64,000 nucleotides of DNA from Ptychomitrium polyphyllum (lineage: Eukaryota), in contig OZ316775.1 of NCBI GenBank assembly GCA_973851085.1, positions 19,902,001 through 19,966,000 of the forward strand, given 5' to 3'. Made by a program: the position numbers and the translations under genes. Shown one piece after another: positions 1 to 14,310 of the stretch. The notes under the pieces are model-generated. The model was not told the origin of the DNA, did not search any database, and was given only the letters and a program-made list of their open reading frames with translations. Each line of letters begins with the position of its first letter. Position 1 is the first letter of the stretch.

Positions 1-562
1 TATTATAGTGAAGATTACAAACTCTACAAACTCCACATTTATAACTCCATAAATTCCACAACACTTTTTTCATCATAAAACACAAAGTTCTTGAGTGTTT
101 GTGCATTTGGCCACAATCCCTTTATATACTAGGCTTACAACCCCCTTACATACTAGGCTTGCAACCCCCTTATACACTAGGCTCAGAACCTCTTTGTACA
201 CTAGGCTTCCAACCCCCTTATATATTAGGCTCACAAATCCTTTATATACTAGACTTATAAAGACTTTTCTAATACTATTTCCATTATTCTATTATATTTC
301 TAATAAAAAGTCAATCAAACTTATCTTAAGCTTTGTTACTAACTGAACTTTAGTTTCATTGCTTACCATAAATAAAAGCTTTTATTAATATAATCAATAC
401 AAATATCTTCAAAACTACAAGTATTTTTGAAGTTACAAGTAAATCCAACTTAATATTGTTTTATTAGATAAACTTTGTCAACTCATCTATTCAAGTGGCC
501 AAAATATGGTTTATTTATTTGGGTCCTTCAAGAGTTAAAAACTCCTCTATATTAGAGCTAAC
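1..562 (-). repeat. 3' LTR of element A (partial)
   Basis: 411-562 aligns by eye with 26830-27001. Begins TGTTAGCTCT on the minus strand just after the integrase end. Confidence 0.65.
113..256. repeat. 24-bp tandem repeat, 6 degenerate copies, inside the A LTR
   Basis: Units like ACAACCCCCTTATATACTAGGCTT at 113, 137, 161, 185, 209, 233. Explains the repetitive 95..346 ORF. Confidence 0.9.
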
Positions 563-1203
563 ATACTCCTAGACTTAGTCTGAATTCCACCATTGGAATT
601 AAAAAGATTGTGCATGAGTACTTCATGATTAACATAGATCTTCTTTAATTTGTCATGGTTCATCATTTTTAGATAAGAAAAACCATCCAAATTCCTCAAT
701 TTGTATGTGCCATTATCTTCAAATACCTTAATGATTTGATATGGACAAAATCATTTTGGCAAAAGTTTCTTGCGAGCTTGATTGTAATGCCTTGAATTAT
801 AAACCATCACCAAATCTCCTTTATAGAAAACTCTAGCTTGTTTATGAATTCACTTATTTCAAGTTTTTTTCATTTTGGCTTGAACTATCTCAATACCTTG
901 CAATGCTCGTAGTTGCAACTCATCAAGCTTGTTCAATTGGACCAACAGTTTCTTTTTAAAGCTATCAAAATCTATTTTCAACTGTGTTGTTGTTTGCAAG
1001 ATTATAATTTCAAATTCAATTGGTAATATTGCCTCCAATCTATAAGCCAATCTAAATGGTGAATGTCCAAGTGCACTCTTAAATGTGACATTGTAAATCC
1101 ACACTGCATGATGTATCTTCATATTCCAATCACAAAAGTTTGTTCTTGTTTTAGCCTTTTTTGCAAACATAGTACATAATGTCTTGTTGATTCTTTCAAT
1201 AGG

Positions 1204-2348
1204 TGTCGCAACCCTTGTAATGCAGCTTAGCAAGCGTTACACGCGTCAATCCTGTGCACCTCCACATGCACATGATTAACCCCCATTCTCACTCTCCAAG
1301 TCTTTCTACCATTTCTCTTAGGACACCCAATTGATTGATAACCAATGGTTAGGTGCGGACTTCCATTCATATCCAAGGATATACTTGGTATTACTCCCAT
1401 TCCACACGGCCTAACCGCACTTAGTGGTGTCTCTTTACCACCACTCATGATTCCCATGTGATTCTAAGATCACCCCGGGCCATCATGGTGCCGACGTGAA
1501 GACATTACCCCAACTTATTGTAACAAGCGTGTCCTCTTGATCTCACTAGTTCCCTTTGTGAAACCGACCGTCCACCGGCTCACAATGGTGTGGGAGTCCC
1601 CATAGTGAAGTTCCAACACTAGCTCCACCAACCGGGACTCACCCTTGGTTCCTACCAAGACACTAGGGGAGTGGGGAGGGGGACTAACCCTCCCCTATAG
1701 TACTCTCTGTGGGATTTGGCAAGCCCCCTGGCCCTCTGTAGCTGGCTGAACCCCGACACACCTAAAGTTTTGGAAGACCACCCGATCTCCCTTGGGACTT
1801 AATCGCTGGAAGCCTCCGGGACTCCTAGCGGACCTTTAGGGAGCCATATCTTCCTCATCTGGTGCCCGAATGTATCAAGCGACCTCTCTATCGTCATTTA
1901 CTCTTTGCGTAGATGCCGATAGATTCCTCAAACGTCCGATTTGAGTTAGTATTGTGGGAGATACGCCTCTCTCAAGGTTTGGGACTTCCGGGGAGTCCTT
2001 CCTTGGACTGTCCCACTCCAGTACAGTCACTGTGTGGGGCTGCCACAGTCCAGAACAGCCCCTTGGCAACCCCAACTTTGGGATGTCATAACTTTTAGCT
2101 CTCTTGTCCGATTTGGGCAATCTTTAGCATTCTAGAATCAGCTCTTTGTGATTCCTCCAATGTCCACGATTTATTCTTCGTGGCCCTCGGTCTACATGGG
2201 CAAGGATGTTTCTCACCCTTAGGGGTCCTTCCCACGCTAGGCCCACTCGGTTCCCCTCACTATCGGCGCCACAAGTCCCGGACGTCACTTCGAGATCCTC
2301 CTTGTGCCCTTAGTGTTGCGGGCACTCCTCAAGGAGAGGTGCGCAACA
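1204..2348. mobile_element. Solo LTR, family D (1145 bp), inserted in the integrase of A
   Basis: TGT...ACA termini; perfect 5-bp TSD ATAGG at 1199-1203 and 2349-2353; near-identical to 4976-5571 over the shared part. Confidence 0.93.
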
Positions 2349-4314
2349 ATAGGTTCATTAGTACTTGTTTATACATTGTTGTAAAGCTGTGCTTGATACT
2401 CAAATGTTCTACTAAAATTTTCACCACATTGCTCGTAAATTGAAGCCTTTGATTAAAGACCAATTTCAATAGTACTCCAAACTCTATAATAAAATTTTCA
2501 TACATAAACCTTGCAACTTCTTTCTTAATTGAAGTTTTGAATGCTTGTACATAGAGCAAATTTGATCAAATAATTTGTTGCAACAACAATGAATCAAAAT
2601 CCTTGTTTTGTAATTGGCAAATGTTCCATAAAATCAGTTTCTTATTTTTGAATTGGTCCCAATAGAAGAATTGAATATAACTCACTACTAACTATTGACT
2701 TATTAGCATAAGCCTAACACACCTCACATTTCTTGTAGTAGTTATATGCATCTTTGAATAAGATTGGCCAATAATACCTACCAGCTAATATTTTCTTTGC
2801 AGTGATGCACTTTACAAAATGTCTTTTATAAAACCCTTCATGAAACTCATATAAGGCATTTCTTTCTTATTCATTGCCCGTAGCAATATTCCATTCTTTC
2901 TACAAAAAGACAACAAGTTGCTAATTAATGTATAAGACCAATTTTTGTATATAATTTGATTCTTCATTTGCTTTGTGGCACATTTGGAAAATTTTACTTC
3001 ATTAAAAAATTAGATAATATCTTTGTACTCATCTCGCTGTTTTTGTACATTGATTACAATTAGATCTAAAAAGTTATCATCTTCTAATATTTTTCCAATA
3101 TTTATGCTAATTTTTGATTAGAAATCTGCATTAGCATGTTTGACAACTATTCAATATATAATCTTAATATTAAATTCTTGCATCAATATTATCTATTAAA
3201 CAATTATTCTTGTAGAATTGGATTTATTGACAAGATAATTCAATGCTTAGTAATCTATTACAATAGTGGCTTTATTTTCCAATAAATAATGACGGCAAGG
3301 CAAAAATAACTACCAATCTTTCTCTTTATGTAATTGTATAATTTCTTTTTGCTCATGTCAATTGTTTGCTTGCATATTAAATTGAATAATTATGACCATC
3401 ATCATCCAATTGTGATAGTATAATATCTATGCTTTTTTCCAAAAGCATCAGTGTATACAATAAATGGTTGTGTTTAATTTAGAGGTTTTATAATAGAAGT
3501 AATTTGAAGCTTTTTTTCAATATTTCAAAAGTTTTCAGAGCTTCATATATTTCTTGAGGCAATGATGCATCATCATTCAAAAACCTAATCAAAGGTTTAA
3601 ATATTAGAAAATACATTGAAACATAAAGCCAATAATAACTAGTGATTACCAAAAAATCTTTATTGTTTGTTTAATCTTAAGAAACAATATCTTTACAATA
3701 GCTTCAGTTTTTGTTGGATTAGTTGCAATTCCATCCTTAGATATAATATGCCCAACCCTTCTCTCTAATAGAAATGCTACTTTGGTCTTTTAATATCTAA
3801 TATTACTTCAGTACCATCGAGTCTTTAAATTTTTATTTTCAACTTTTCTAGATATTCTACTTGACTTCTATAAACACCAAAATCATCCATAAAGAATCTT
3901 ATAAAGATGCCAATATAAGGTTCTAACACCTTATTTATAAGTTTATAAAATGTTCCTGGAGCATTGTACAATCCAAATGGCACAATAATATAGCAAAAAG
4001 TACTCCATGGTGAAGTGAATGTTACCTTAAGTTGATCTTCAACTATAAGTTTTACTTGATGGTAACCATTGTATTCATCTACAAATATATATGTCATGTT
4101 TAACCAATTTTTTTAATATTTCATTGCAGAATGGTATAGGATAGCTATTTTTTTTGATAGCTGCATTGGGTTTTTTATTATCAATGCACACCTTTAGCTT
4201 TCCATTTTTCTTTAATACTAAAGTAATTGGTGATATTCATTCAGAAATTTCTACTAGCCTTATAAAACTTGCTTCTAACAACTTGTGTAATTCTTCTTTC
4301 ACAATAGCCATATA

Positions 4315-5657
4315 TGCCGCAACCTTTGTAATGCACTTTAACAAACGTCACGCACGCCAACCTTTTACATCTCCACATGCACATGGTTAACCCCCATTTT
4401 CACTCTCCAAGTCCCAGGCTTGGTTCCCAATTCTTCCTATTCATTTATCTTAGGACACCCAAATGGATTGGTAGTCAATGGTTAGGTACAGACTTTCATT
4501 CATGTCCAAGGCCTCACTTGGTGTAACTCCCATTCTATACGGCCTAACTGCACTTAATGGTGTCTCTTCACCACCACTCATAATCCCATGCAATCCTAAG
4601 ATCACCTTGGGCCATCATGATGCCGGCGTGAAGACACCATTCCAACTTAGTGGTAACAAGCGTATCCTTCTAAACGTGCTAGTTCCCTCCGTGAAACCGG
4701 CCATCCACCGGCTCACAATGGTGTGGGAGTCCTCGTAGTGAAGCCCCAACACTAGCTCCACCAACCGGGACTCACCTTTGGTCTCTACCAAGACACTACG
4801 GGAGTGGGAGGAGGACCAGCCCTCCCTTATAGTACTCTCTGTGGAATTTGGCAGGCCCCCTGGCCCTCTGTAGCTGGCTGAACCCCGACACACCTAAAGT
4901 TTTGGAAGACCACCCGATCTCCCTTGGAACTTAATCGCTGGAAGCCTCCGGGACTCCCAGCGGACCTTCAGGGAGCCGACACACCTAAAGTTTTGGAAGA
5001 CCACCCGATCTCCCTTGGGACTTAATCGCTGGAAGCCTCCGGGACTCCTAGCGGACCTTTAGGGAGCCATATCTTCCTCATCTGGTGCCCGAATGTATCA
5101 AGCGACCTCTTTATCGTCATTTACTCTTTGCGTAGATGCCGATAGATTCCTCAAACGTCCAATTTGAGTTAGTATTGTGGGAGATACGCCTCTCTCAAGG
5201 TTTGGGACTTCCGGGGAGTCCTTCCTTGGACTGTCCCACTCCAGTACAGTCACTGTGTGGGGCTGCCACAGTCCAGAACAGCCCCTTGGCAACCCCAACT
5301 TTGGGATGTCATAACTTTTAGCTCTCTTGTCCGATTTGGGCAATCTTTAGCATTCTAGAATCAGCTCTTTGTGATTCCTCCAATGTCCACAATTTATTCT
5401 TCGTGGCCCTCGGTTTACATGGGCAAGGATGTTTCTCACCCTTAGGGGTCCTTCCCACGCTAGGCCCACTCGGTTCCCCTCACTATCGGCGCCACAAGTC
5501 CCGGACGTCACTTCGGGGTCCCCCTTGTGCCCTTAGTGTTGCGGGCACTCCTCAAGGAGAGGTGCACAACACACTATGGGAGTGGAGAGGGGGACCAATT
5601 CTCCCTTATAGTACTCTCTGTAAGATTCGATAGGCCCCTTGGCCCTTTGTAGCTGGA
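4315..5657. mobile_element. Chimeric family-D LTR (4315-5571) followed by an 86-bp piece of an older D LTR (5572-5657)
   Basis: Starts TGCCGCAACC and ends GTGCACAACA. The left part is more diverged from 1204-2348 than the right part. The sequence after 5571 (CACTATGGGAGTGG...) matches the LTR interior at ~1661-1745. Confidence 0.85.
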
Positions 5658-8228
5658 TAGGTACCATCTTTCTCCTCTTCCACATGGAAATCTACGTGTG
5701 TAGCTACTCCAAGTACATCAACAACTGCATTTATCACATCACCCATAAATTTTCTTGTTTGCCATTTTAAATGTCATTGAAGAAGGTTTGTCAAAAATTT
5801 TAATCCCAAATACTTCATGGTTGGAATTGTCATAACATTCATTCCAATTCTTCCACCTATCAAAACTTCTTTCAACATAACATTCATTTCAACTCTTCCA
5901 TTTATCAAAACTTCTTTCAACATTAATCCATTACGATATACATCAATGACAGGAAATATTTTTCTTGAATTGCAATTGCTTGTACAACTCTAAGAATAAT
6001 AAGAGCCTTTCTTGCATAGAATCCCTTCTTTAATTAAATTTTGGTAAAACGTACCATATCTACTAATTGGCCAATTGTAATATCAATTTTCTTTGAATCC
6101 ACATCCTCTAAAACATAATAGGTATCTTAATTCTTGGATATATCAAAATCTTGAAATCCTAACCTTTGTCTTCTTGTCTTTTTTTTCTCACAAGCCATCA
6201 TTTGCAAATTTTTTGTGAACAGTGGTGATTTTTTTTTTTGTTTCAGTTTTCATTTTTTGTGCCATAACATCTATTTCCATATGTAAAGAGCCTTTAATTT
6301 TCAGAAAGGCCTTATTTCTATCATTGGATTGCACTTCAATGAAGTTTACTTGTCCTTTTTCCTTCATATTTTCCTTACTTAAAGAAGCTCCTCCATTTGC
6401 ATCCTTGGAACAATCTCTTGAATAATTTCCATGCTCCTTGCAGTTGTAACATTGAGTATGTAATAAATTTCAAGTATAACTATAATTTTAGTTTGTAGTT
6501 GAAGTAAATATATATTCAATTCATTCACTTATTAACAAGATCTTCCATGGTTGTATTAATCTTATTTGGTACTTTTGGTGGTTTTGCCAATGTTTCTTGG
6601 ATAGAAATCACTCTTGGAATCTAAATAATCATCGGTTGCTCCATACTTGATTTTGGAACAATTTCTATGTTTTTTTCCTTATTTTTAGCAATGTGTATAG
6701 TTATTGCCAAAATTTTAGTTGCCTCATGTTTCACTTGTTGCCTAATTTTTGGCAACAATTAAATCACATAATGTTTTAATACCAATGAATCAATACTTGT
6801 AAGATTGGAGCATTTTTTTTATGCCTTTGCACCCTCAGACTTTTAGCAGTTTTTGCAGCCAAATCTTGAATCCTATCTATAAACTCTTTTACCTTCATTA
6901 ATGTTCTTAGCTTCATTAGGCTCAAGTCACAAATCAATTGTCTTGCTAAACTTTAAAATCAATGCTATACCCACATGTGTCCATAATTCCTTCACATCCG
7001 TATTTTTACAAGTTTTTTTTAAAAAAAAATTTGGAAAAAAAGTTGCCTACATTTTTGTTTTTCAATTTGTAGTACTATTAGAAATACAAACAATAAGAAG
7101 CAGAGACAAAGATATTTCCAAGATTTAGCTTCAAAAGAGCTAATGATTAATAAAAAGTGATACAAAGAGTAGAGCAAGGTATGATCCAATATGATCGACA
7201 ATTTGTATTGACAAGATGAAGGTATACCTTATCTTGCCTCTTATTTATACTATGACGCCTCCATCCCCTATGATACTTTTAAAAAAGATTTTTACAAAGC
7301 TTAAAAATATTTTAGAAGTCTATGGAACCTTCCTAAGAAGCTTCTTAAAATGGGGGAATGTTCCTAAGAAGCTTCCAAAGAGCTAAAACCTTCCCTTGAA
7401 GTTTCTTAAGGTGGTGGAACGTTCTTAGGAAGTTTTCCAACAAAATAGAGCCTTCCTAAGAGGCTTTTTAAAGAGGTAGAACCTGTCACGGACATACATA
7501 TTAGAAGCATCTTAAAGGTTCTTAAAAGATTTAAAAAATTTCCTTGGAAGTTTTCTTGACCTAGGAAACTTTCAAGGAAGTTACTTTCGGATTAGGAAGT
7601 TTCCAAAGAAGTTGCCTTAATTTAGGAAGTTTTCAAGGAAGTACCTTTTGGATTAGGAAGCTTCCAAAGAAATTGCCTTGACTTAGGAAGCTTCCAAAAA
7701 AGTTGTCTTGGCCTAGGAAACTTCCAAGGAAGCAACTCAAAGTTGCTTGAGTACAAAGCAATGTAGGTGAAGCTTCTCAAGAAGCTTCCAAGGCTTGTAG
7801 TTCTAGTATATATAGGAGTCGAGGCTAAAGAGCTCTTCGGTCTCAACAACGCATCTCTTGTGGTCTAGCTCAGACCTTTTGGCCTTGTCTTTTGTACCTT
7901 GTTGTAGTTCTTTACCTCTAATATACTTGGACTTATCTTGTTCTACATCCTAGAGTTCTGATGCCTTGTCTTGTGGTTACTCTATCCGTAACTGTTTGTC
8001 AAGACTGTTATACAAGAATATTAGAGCTTGGTCTTTCTTGATAGAGAGCAAATCACCCCTCTTTTTCAAAAGCACTATAGCACTCTAGAGGTTGCGGATT
8101 ACCCTCCTCTAAAATAATATTTCCTCTTGAATTTTCTTTGGTTTCTTGCGTAGATAGCAGTTTTTATCTATTTCCATTTCATTTCTATGCTAAGAGGTGA
8201 AGAAGTCAATATGATTGATTAAAAAGAA

Positions 8229-11200
8229 ATGAAACTAGATTCTATTATCAATGCCCTTGAAGCATTGAGGATCAAGATCAAGACCTTATCCAAGCAAAAC
8301 AAAGAACTGTATTTGATCATACACAGCGGTCAAGGAGTAGAAATACCGCAGTTGCTATTCCAAGTCAAATTAAGTGCTTCATCCTCTAGATCTGACTTGG
8401 TAGATAACGGACAAGTTCAAGCTAGGAATTCAATGCCAATGACCAAAGAACCAAGAATCAGCCTTCCAAAAAAGTTTGATGGTACGCTTTCAAAATTTTG
8501 AGGCTTTCTAAACCAAGTTCAACTTGTTACCTTGCTTCAACCTTGGTGGTATTCTACAAATGCTTTGCGTGTTGGTTTGGTAGGAACGTTGCTCTTAGGA
8601 CAAGCATTGTTTTGATTTGCACCACATTTTGAGAAGAATTCCCCCATACTTAGCAACTTTGATGCGTTCTTAGCTGTATTTGCAGAAGCATTTGGTGACC
8701 ATGACAAGCTTTGTTCTGCAACTACTAAATTTTGTGCCTTGGGCCAAGGGCCACGTTCTATATCAATTTATGCATTGGAATTTCAACAACTTGCATGCGA
8801 CATCAATTGGAGAGAAAAAATGTTGATGAATCAATTTCATTGGGATGTATGCGACGAAATTAAGGATTTATTGCTATCCATACCAAACCCCCAAACACTT
8901 GATGAGGCCATTAGCCAAGCTTTAATGTGCAATAATAGTTTATTTCAATGTTGACAAGATAAATAGACTTTCATTACACCTCAACCTTATACCAACTTTT
9001 TAGTAGCTGCAGTCCTTTTTACCTCTAATAAGTAATTGGGAGTAGAAGCCATGCAGATTGATGCGGTTCGCTTCAAATTCCTTATCAAATATGAGAAAAA
9101 GCGACGAAGGAAGTAAGGGTTGTGTTTGTATTGTGGAAAATCTGGTCATAAGGTTGATAATTGCCTAGAAAAACCTCCACGTACATATTGGATGAGATGT
9201 ACAATCACCTTGCCAAATGCTTTGCAAGAAAATGAGGACGTCTAGCCACAATAAGGACCTTGTGGCTGGAATTACTTTTTCACACAAAAACAAAGGTCCT
9301 ATTCTATCAGGCCATTCTTCCTCTTGTTTTACTATACCTGTTTGTTTAGGTGTTCAGAAGCTCAAAAGCCTTGCTTTAATAGACTTAGGAACCTCTGCTT
9401 GCTTTATTGACAAAGAATTTATGAAAACCCATAAGTTTACTTTTAGTAGAAAATCCAAACCTCTCCATATAGAAGTTATAGATGGACAACCATTATCTTC
9501 CGGAGATGTTATTTATAAGATCAATCCATTAATAGTAACATTGAACAACCATAGTAGGCAAGTGATATTTAATTGCATTAGCTCTTTGTTAAGTTCCATC
9601 ATTCTAAGGCTTTTTTGGCTTGAAAAGTACAACTTGCAAATAAATTGGGCATCCCACAAAATAGAATTTCCATCATTAGAGCATTTAATTACTAAGCCTA
9701 AGGAGGAAGCTGAAGCATCTTATAAATCTAAAAGGCCTTTTTTTTTCTTGGAGCTAGAGCATTTAAGAGAGTAAAAAAAACTGGTGCTTTTTTTTGTTGT
9801 GTATGTAATTCCAATGTTCAAAGTTGTGGCTTTATCTTCAATCATTCCAGATAAATATAAAGAGTTCAACAATGTATTCAAAAAGAAGAATGCAGACACT
9901 CTATCAAAACATTGTCCTTATGATTGTGCCATAGACCTCTAAGACGGTGCCCAGCTGCCATTTGGACCTATCTATAATTTATTCCAAAATGAGCTTTTAT
10001 CACTAAGGGAGTATATTGATGAAAACTTAGCTAAGAACTTCATACAACATTCAAAGTCTTCTATTAATGCTCTGATATTTTTTGTAAAGAAGAAAGATGG
10101 ATCCTTACAAATATGTATCGATTACCTCAGCCTTAATAAAATGACGGTGAAGAACCGATATCCATTGCCGCTGATATTTGGGCTTCTTGATCATCTCGGC
10201 CAAGTAAAAATCTATACCAAAATAGACCTGCAAGGAGCCTACAATTTAGTGCGCATTAAAGAAGTTGATAAATAGAAGACGGCATTTCAAACAAGGTATG
10301 GACATTTTGAATACAATGTCATGCCCTATAGACTTATCAACGCACTTGCCATTTTTCAACTCTTGATGATTTCAACACTTGATGACATATTTTGGGAGTG
10401 CCTCAATGATTTTATTATATACTATCTGGATGATATCTTGATCTATTCAAAGAATCCAGAGGAACATGAATAACATGTCTGCATAGTCCTACAAAAACTA
10501 CAAGATGCCGATTTGTATGCTAAGCTAGAAAAATGTGTATTTCACAAACCTTAGGTAGAATTCCTTGGTTATATCATCTCCAACAAAGGACTATTGATGG
10601 ATCCAAAGAAGGTCAAAGTAATTAGCAATTGGACGAGGCTAAAATTGATACGTGATGTCCAATGCTTTCTTGGATTTGCAAATTTCTATAGGATCTTCAT
10701 CAAGGACTATTTTTAAATAGCTATACCACTTACAAAATTAATATGCAAGGAAAAGCTTAAGTGGGGATCTCATGCTGATGATGCATTCTAAAGTTTGAAG
10801 CAAGATTTTACTACAACTCCTATTTTGGTCCATTTGAACTTTTTAAAGCAATTTTATCTTGAGACGAATGCTTCTGACTTTGCACTCGGAGCATTTTTGT
10901 CACAAATGGGGGAAGAAGGGAAACGCCATCCAATTGCATTCCATTTTAGAAAATTTACAGCTGCAAAAATCAACTACAAGATCTACGACAAGAAACTCCT
11001 TGCAATTGTGGATTCCTTCCAAAAATGGTATCACTTATTTGAGGATACTGTGCATTCAGTGATTGTATATATAGATCACAAGAACTTGGAATATTTCATG
11101 TCAGCCCATATTTTGAATTACCGCCAAGCTCGTCGGAATATGTCTCTATCTCAATTTGATTTTTGCATCACATATTGACTTGGAAAACAGCAAAGGTTAT

Positions 11201-14200
11201 CAGATGTTATGTCAAAGCAATCATACCTTGCGCCAAAAGAAAGAGAGGCAGCACACGATCAACAAGGAGCAACTTTATTGAAACCCAAACAGTTTTGTAT
11301 ACATACAACCACCATTTCAACTTTAATAGATTCATTGTTCTTTAATCGGGTACATGTGGCATCTACCAAGGACCCTCTTATTCTTGATATCAAGCATTGT
11401 TCCAACAACCTCCCTGAAGACGTGTTTAAATTCAAATTAGAAGACAACCTTCTCTATTTTGAAGAACGTCTATATATGCCTAAAAGACTAGTTCGCCTTT
11501 GTGTATTTCAAACACGTCATGACCTTCCTATGGCTAGACATTTTGGATTCAATAAAACCTTGGAACTCCTTTCTCAAGACTTTTGATGGCTTCAAATGTG
11601 AAAGGCCGTTAAAAACTTTGTGTTTTGTGTGATACCTGCTCTAGGTCAAAAAATCCTTGATAACGTCCATATGGACTTTTTCAATCATTGCCTATTCCAA
11701 GGCAACCGTGATCATCCGTTTCAAGGAATTTCATTACAGATCTTCCACCGTCAAATTCTTTTGATACCATCTTTGAAGTGGTAGACCGGTTAACCAAGAT
11801 GGCACATTTTGTACCTTGCAAAAAAACAATTACGGGTGAAAAGACTGCCACACTTTTCATGGATAATATCTACTACTACCATGGATTATCCAACAATATT
11901 ATATCAGATTGTGGACTACAATTTATATCAAGATTTTGGAAGACACTCTTTGAAATCTTTAAGGTGGACATCAAACTTTCTTTTGCCTTTCATCTTCAAA
12001 TCAATGGCTAAATAGAGCAGGTCAACCAGATCTTGGAGCAATATTTGAGATGTATCATCAACTACCAATATTAGACTTCCTACGTGACATTAGCTGAGTT
12101 TGCTTAATATAACACTACTCACGCTGTTGTGGTAAAAGAATCTTGCTTTGAAAAAGCACTAGGCCTCTGGATGCTGCTAATCACTCAACAAGTTGACAAG
12201 ATCGTATTTATCTAGTTATTTAAGTGAAAGAGTCCTTTTGATCATGCTTTTAAACCTTTGTAAAGATTACAACCCAAATCCAAATCATAATTACATACTG
12301 CAATCATAAACCCGCTTATAAATTTGCTCATATTTCTTATTATAAGAATCTAATGAATTTGATATTTTGTTATTGTGTTTTTTAATTATCTATTAAAATA
12401 TGGTAAAAATTTCATAACTATAGCTACTATAAGCATTGAAAACCATGCTTTTAAAATTCTTACTTCCCACTGCCACAGTTAATAGATCCCTTCTGTTTTA
12501 TTACTTCATAACTTTTTTTCTATTACAAACATAGACATGAAATTTTACAAACACATTACTCATCTTACAATAGCTACTTTATTAAGATATCAACTTCAGA
12601 ATCTTCTTCAATCCTCTCTTATGGTCCAAAATGTACAATCCGAACTCTGCTGTATACTGCTTTCAAAGTCCCGACTACAATTTTTTTATATCTTTCTTTG
12701 TACAAGCCATTTTTTCTCCAAATTTTTACAATATCATCTTAAAGTAGTTAAAATACTATCCTTTAAAATTCATTATCAAATTCTAAATACACAAAAAGTT
12801 ATAAGCACCAAAAGCAGCTGCTTACTGAAATTTAAGGCAGCTGACTCAACTTCACTCAAACTAGAGCCATGGTCACATACTAACTCCAAATGGAGCGTGT
12901 AATAAGATCCTAGAGAGCTAACAGAGTAGAAAATAAAGTCTTAAAAAAATCAACTCAAATTAAGAAATGCACTATGAGTTATAGTAGAAGGAAGGGCTGC
13001 CTTAATTAATAAGTGAGAGAAACCGAGAGAGAAAAAGAAGGTGGTGGTCAAACCGCCACATCCGCCTCTTATCACTCCACATCAACCCTTAATTTCCTTT
13101 ATCAAGCTCTTATATAACCATATCTTCAAGTAAAAAACAACCTGAATTTTTTTTTTAGTTTTTTTTTTTTTTTTTCTTTCTTTAGTTGAAACTTCTAAGT
13201 TCCAAACTACAAAGGAAAACAAAATCAATCCTCACAAATCCAAAGTAGAAACCTAAAAGTAAAATAAAAAGAAAAAAATAGGAAAAAGATTGAATTTTAA
13301 TGAATATAAAGTCATTGTTGAGGCAGAATCAAACACCAAGCTACGAACTTGGTTGATTGGATAAAGTGTAGCTGCAGAATTGGTCCGAGTTTGATTCTTG
13401 TTGGATTTGTTGATTGAATTGGCGGCACTTGGTTTTATATTGCTAGTGCGAATAGTAGGCAGGAAAATAACACAGTCAACCAGCACCTTCACCTTTAGCT
13501 AAGAAAAAATGCAATTCTACCTCCAAGACACTCAAAACCATAGTTTCACCATGATCATTTTCACCGAACTTCTCTTTTCATCCTAGTATTCCTTTTTAAA
13601 ATACAATAAATCAAAATCCATAAAATAATACATATTAGTTAAGTTTTAAGCCATATAAGTATTTACAGCATGACAACGCTTCCACCCAACAAACATCATT
13701 CTACTCCAATTATGGTCATCATCCAAAAATAGATATATTAGAGCCTCTACAATCTAAAAATTCAAAAGCAGAGGAATTTGCCAAAAGAATGGTAGAGCTT
13801 CAAACAATCATGAAGACTCAATTAGAAGAAGCTCGGAAATAATATAAAACGGCAGCAGATGCAATAAGGAAGGAACAACCTCCATTCCAAATTGGTGAGA
13901 AGGTGTGGTTCTTTCTATGCAATATAAGGACTAGTAGGCCATATGACAAGCTGGACTATTGCAAATTGGGACCATTTGCAATTGAAAAACAAATCAATCA
14001 CATAACATATTGTTTGGGATCATCAACATCAATAAAGGTATATCCTGTCTTCCACGTTTTACTTTTGGAGACTTATAAGGAATCAAGTATTCCTGGACAA
14101 AGGCAGCTGCCACTACTTGTAGTCGACGATCATTATGAATTTGAAGTTGAAGAAGTGCTTGACTCACAAATAAGACGTGGAAAGCTGGAATATTTGGTAC

Positions 14201-14310
14201 ATTGGCGCGGATATAACATTAGTGAACGTACATGGAAGCTAGCTAACAATCTTGCCAATTCACTAATAAAAATTTGTGAGTTCTATTGACAATATCCATC
14301 CAAATAAAAA
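8229..14310 (+). pseudogene. Disrupted gag-pol of element B (gag, zinc knuckle, protease, RT, RNase H, integrase, chromodomain)
   Basis: PKKFDG gag motif; CLYCGKSGHKVDNC (~9123-9164); ALIDLGTSACFID; YLDDILI (~10421); ETNASDFALGA; RHFGFNKT; VDRLTKMAHF; EFEVEEVLDS..GKLEYLVHWRGY..TW chromodomain. Many stops. Interrupted at 12125-13675. Confidence 0.93.
12125..13675. mobile_element. Family X element 1 (1551 bp, LTR-like, no recognisable coding domain) in the integrase of B
   Basis: TGTTGTG...CATGACA ends; 4-bp TSD ACGC at 12121-12124 and 13676-13679. Removal restores the integrase frame YNTTHASTQQTSF. Confidence 0.9.

Noticed and set aside
95..346. 83-aa ORF with TPLYTRL repeats
   Set aside because: Translation of the 24-bp LTR minisatellite.
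1875..2120. Short ORFs repeated at 5098-5343 and 24919-25104
   Set aside because: They recur only because they lie in copies of the same D LTR; no domain recognised.
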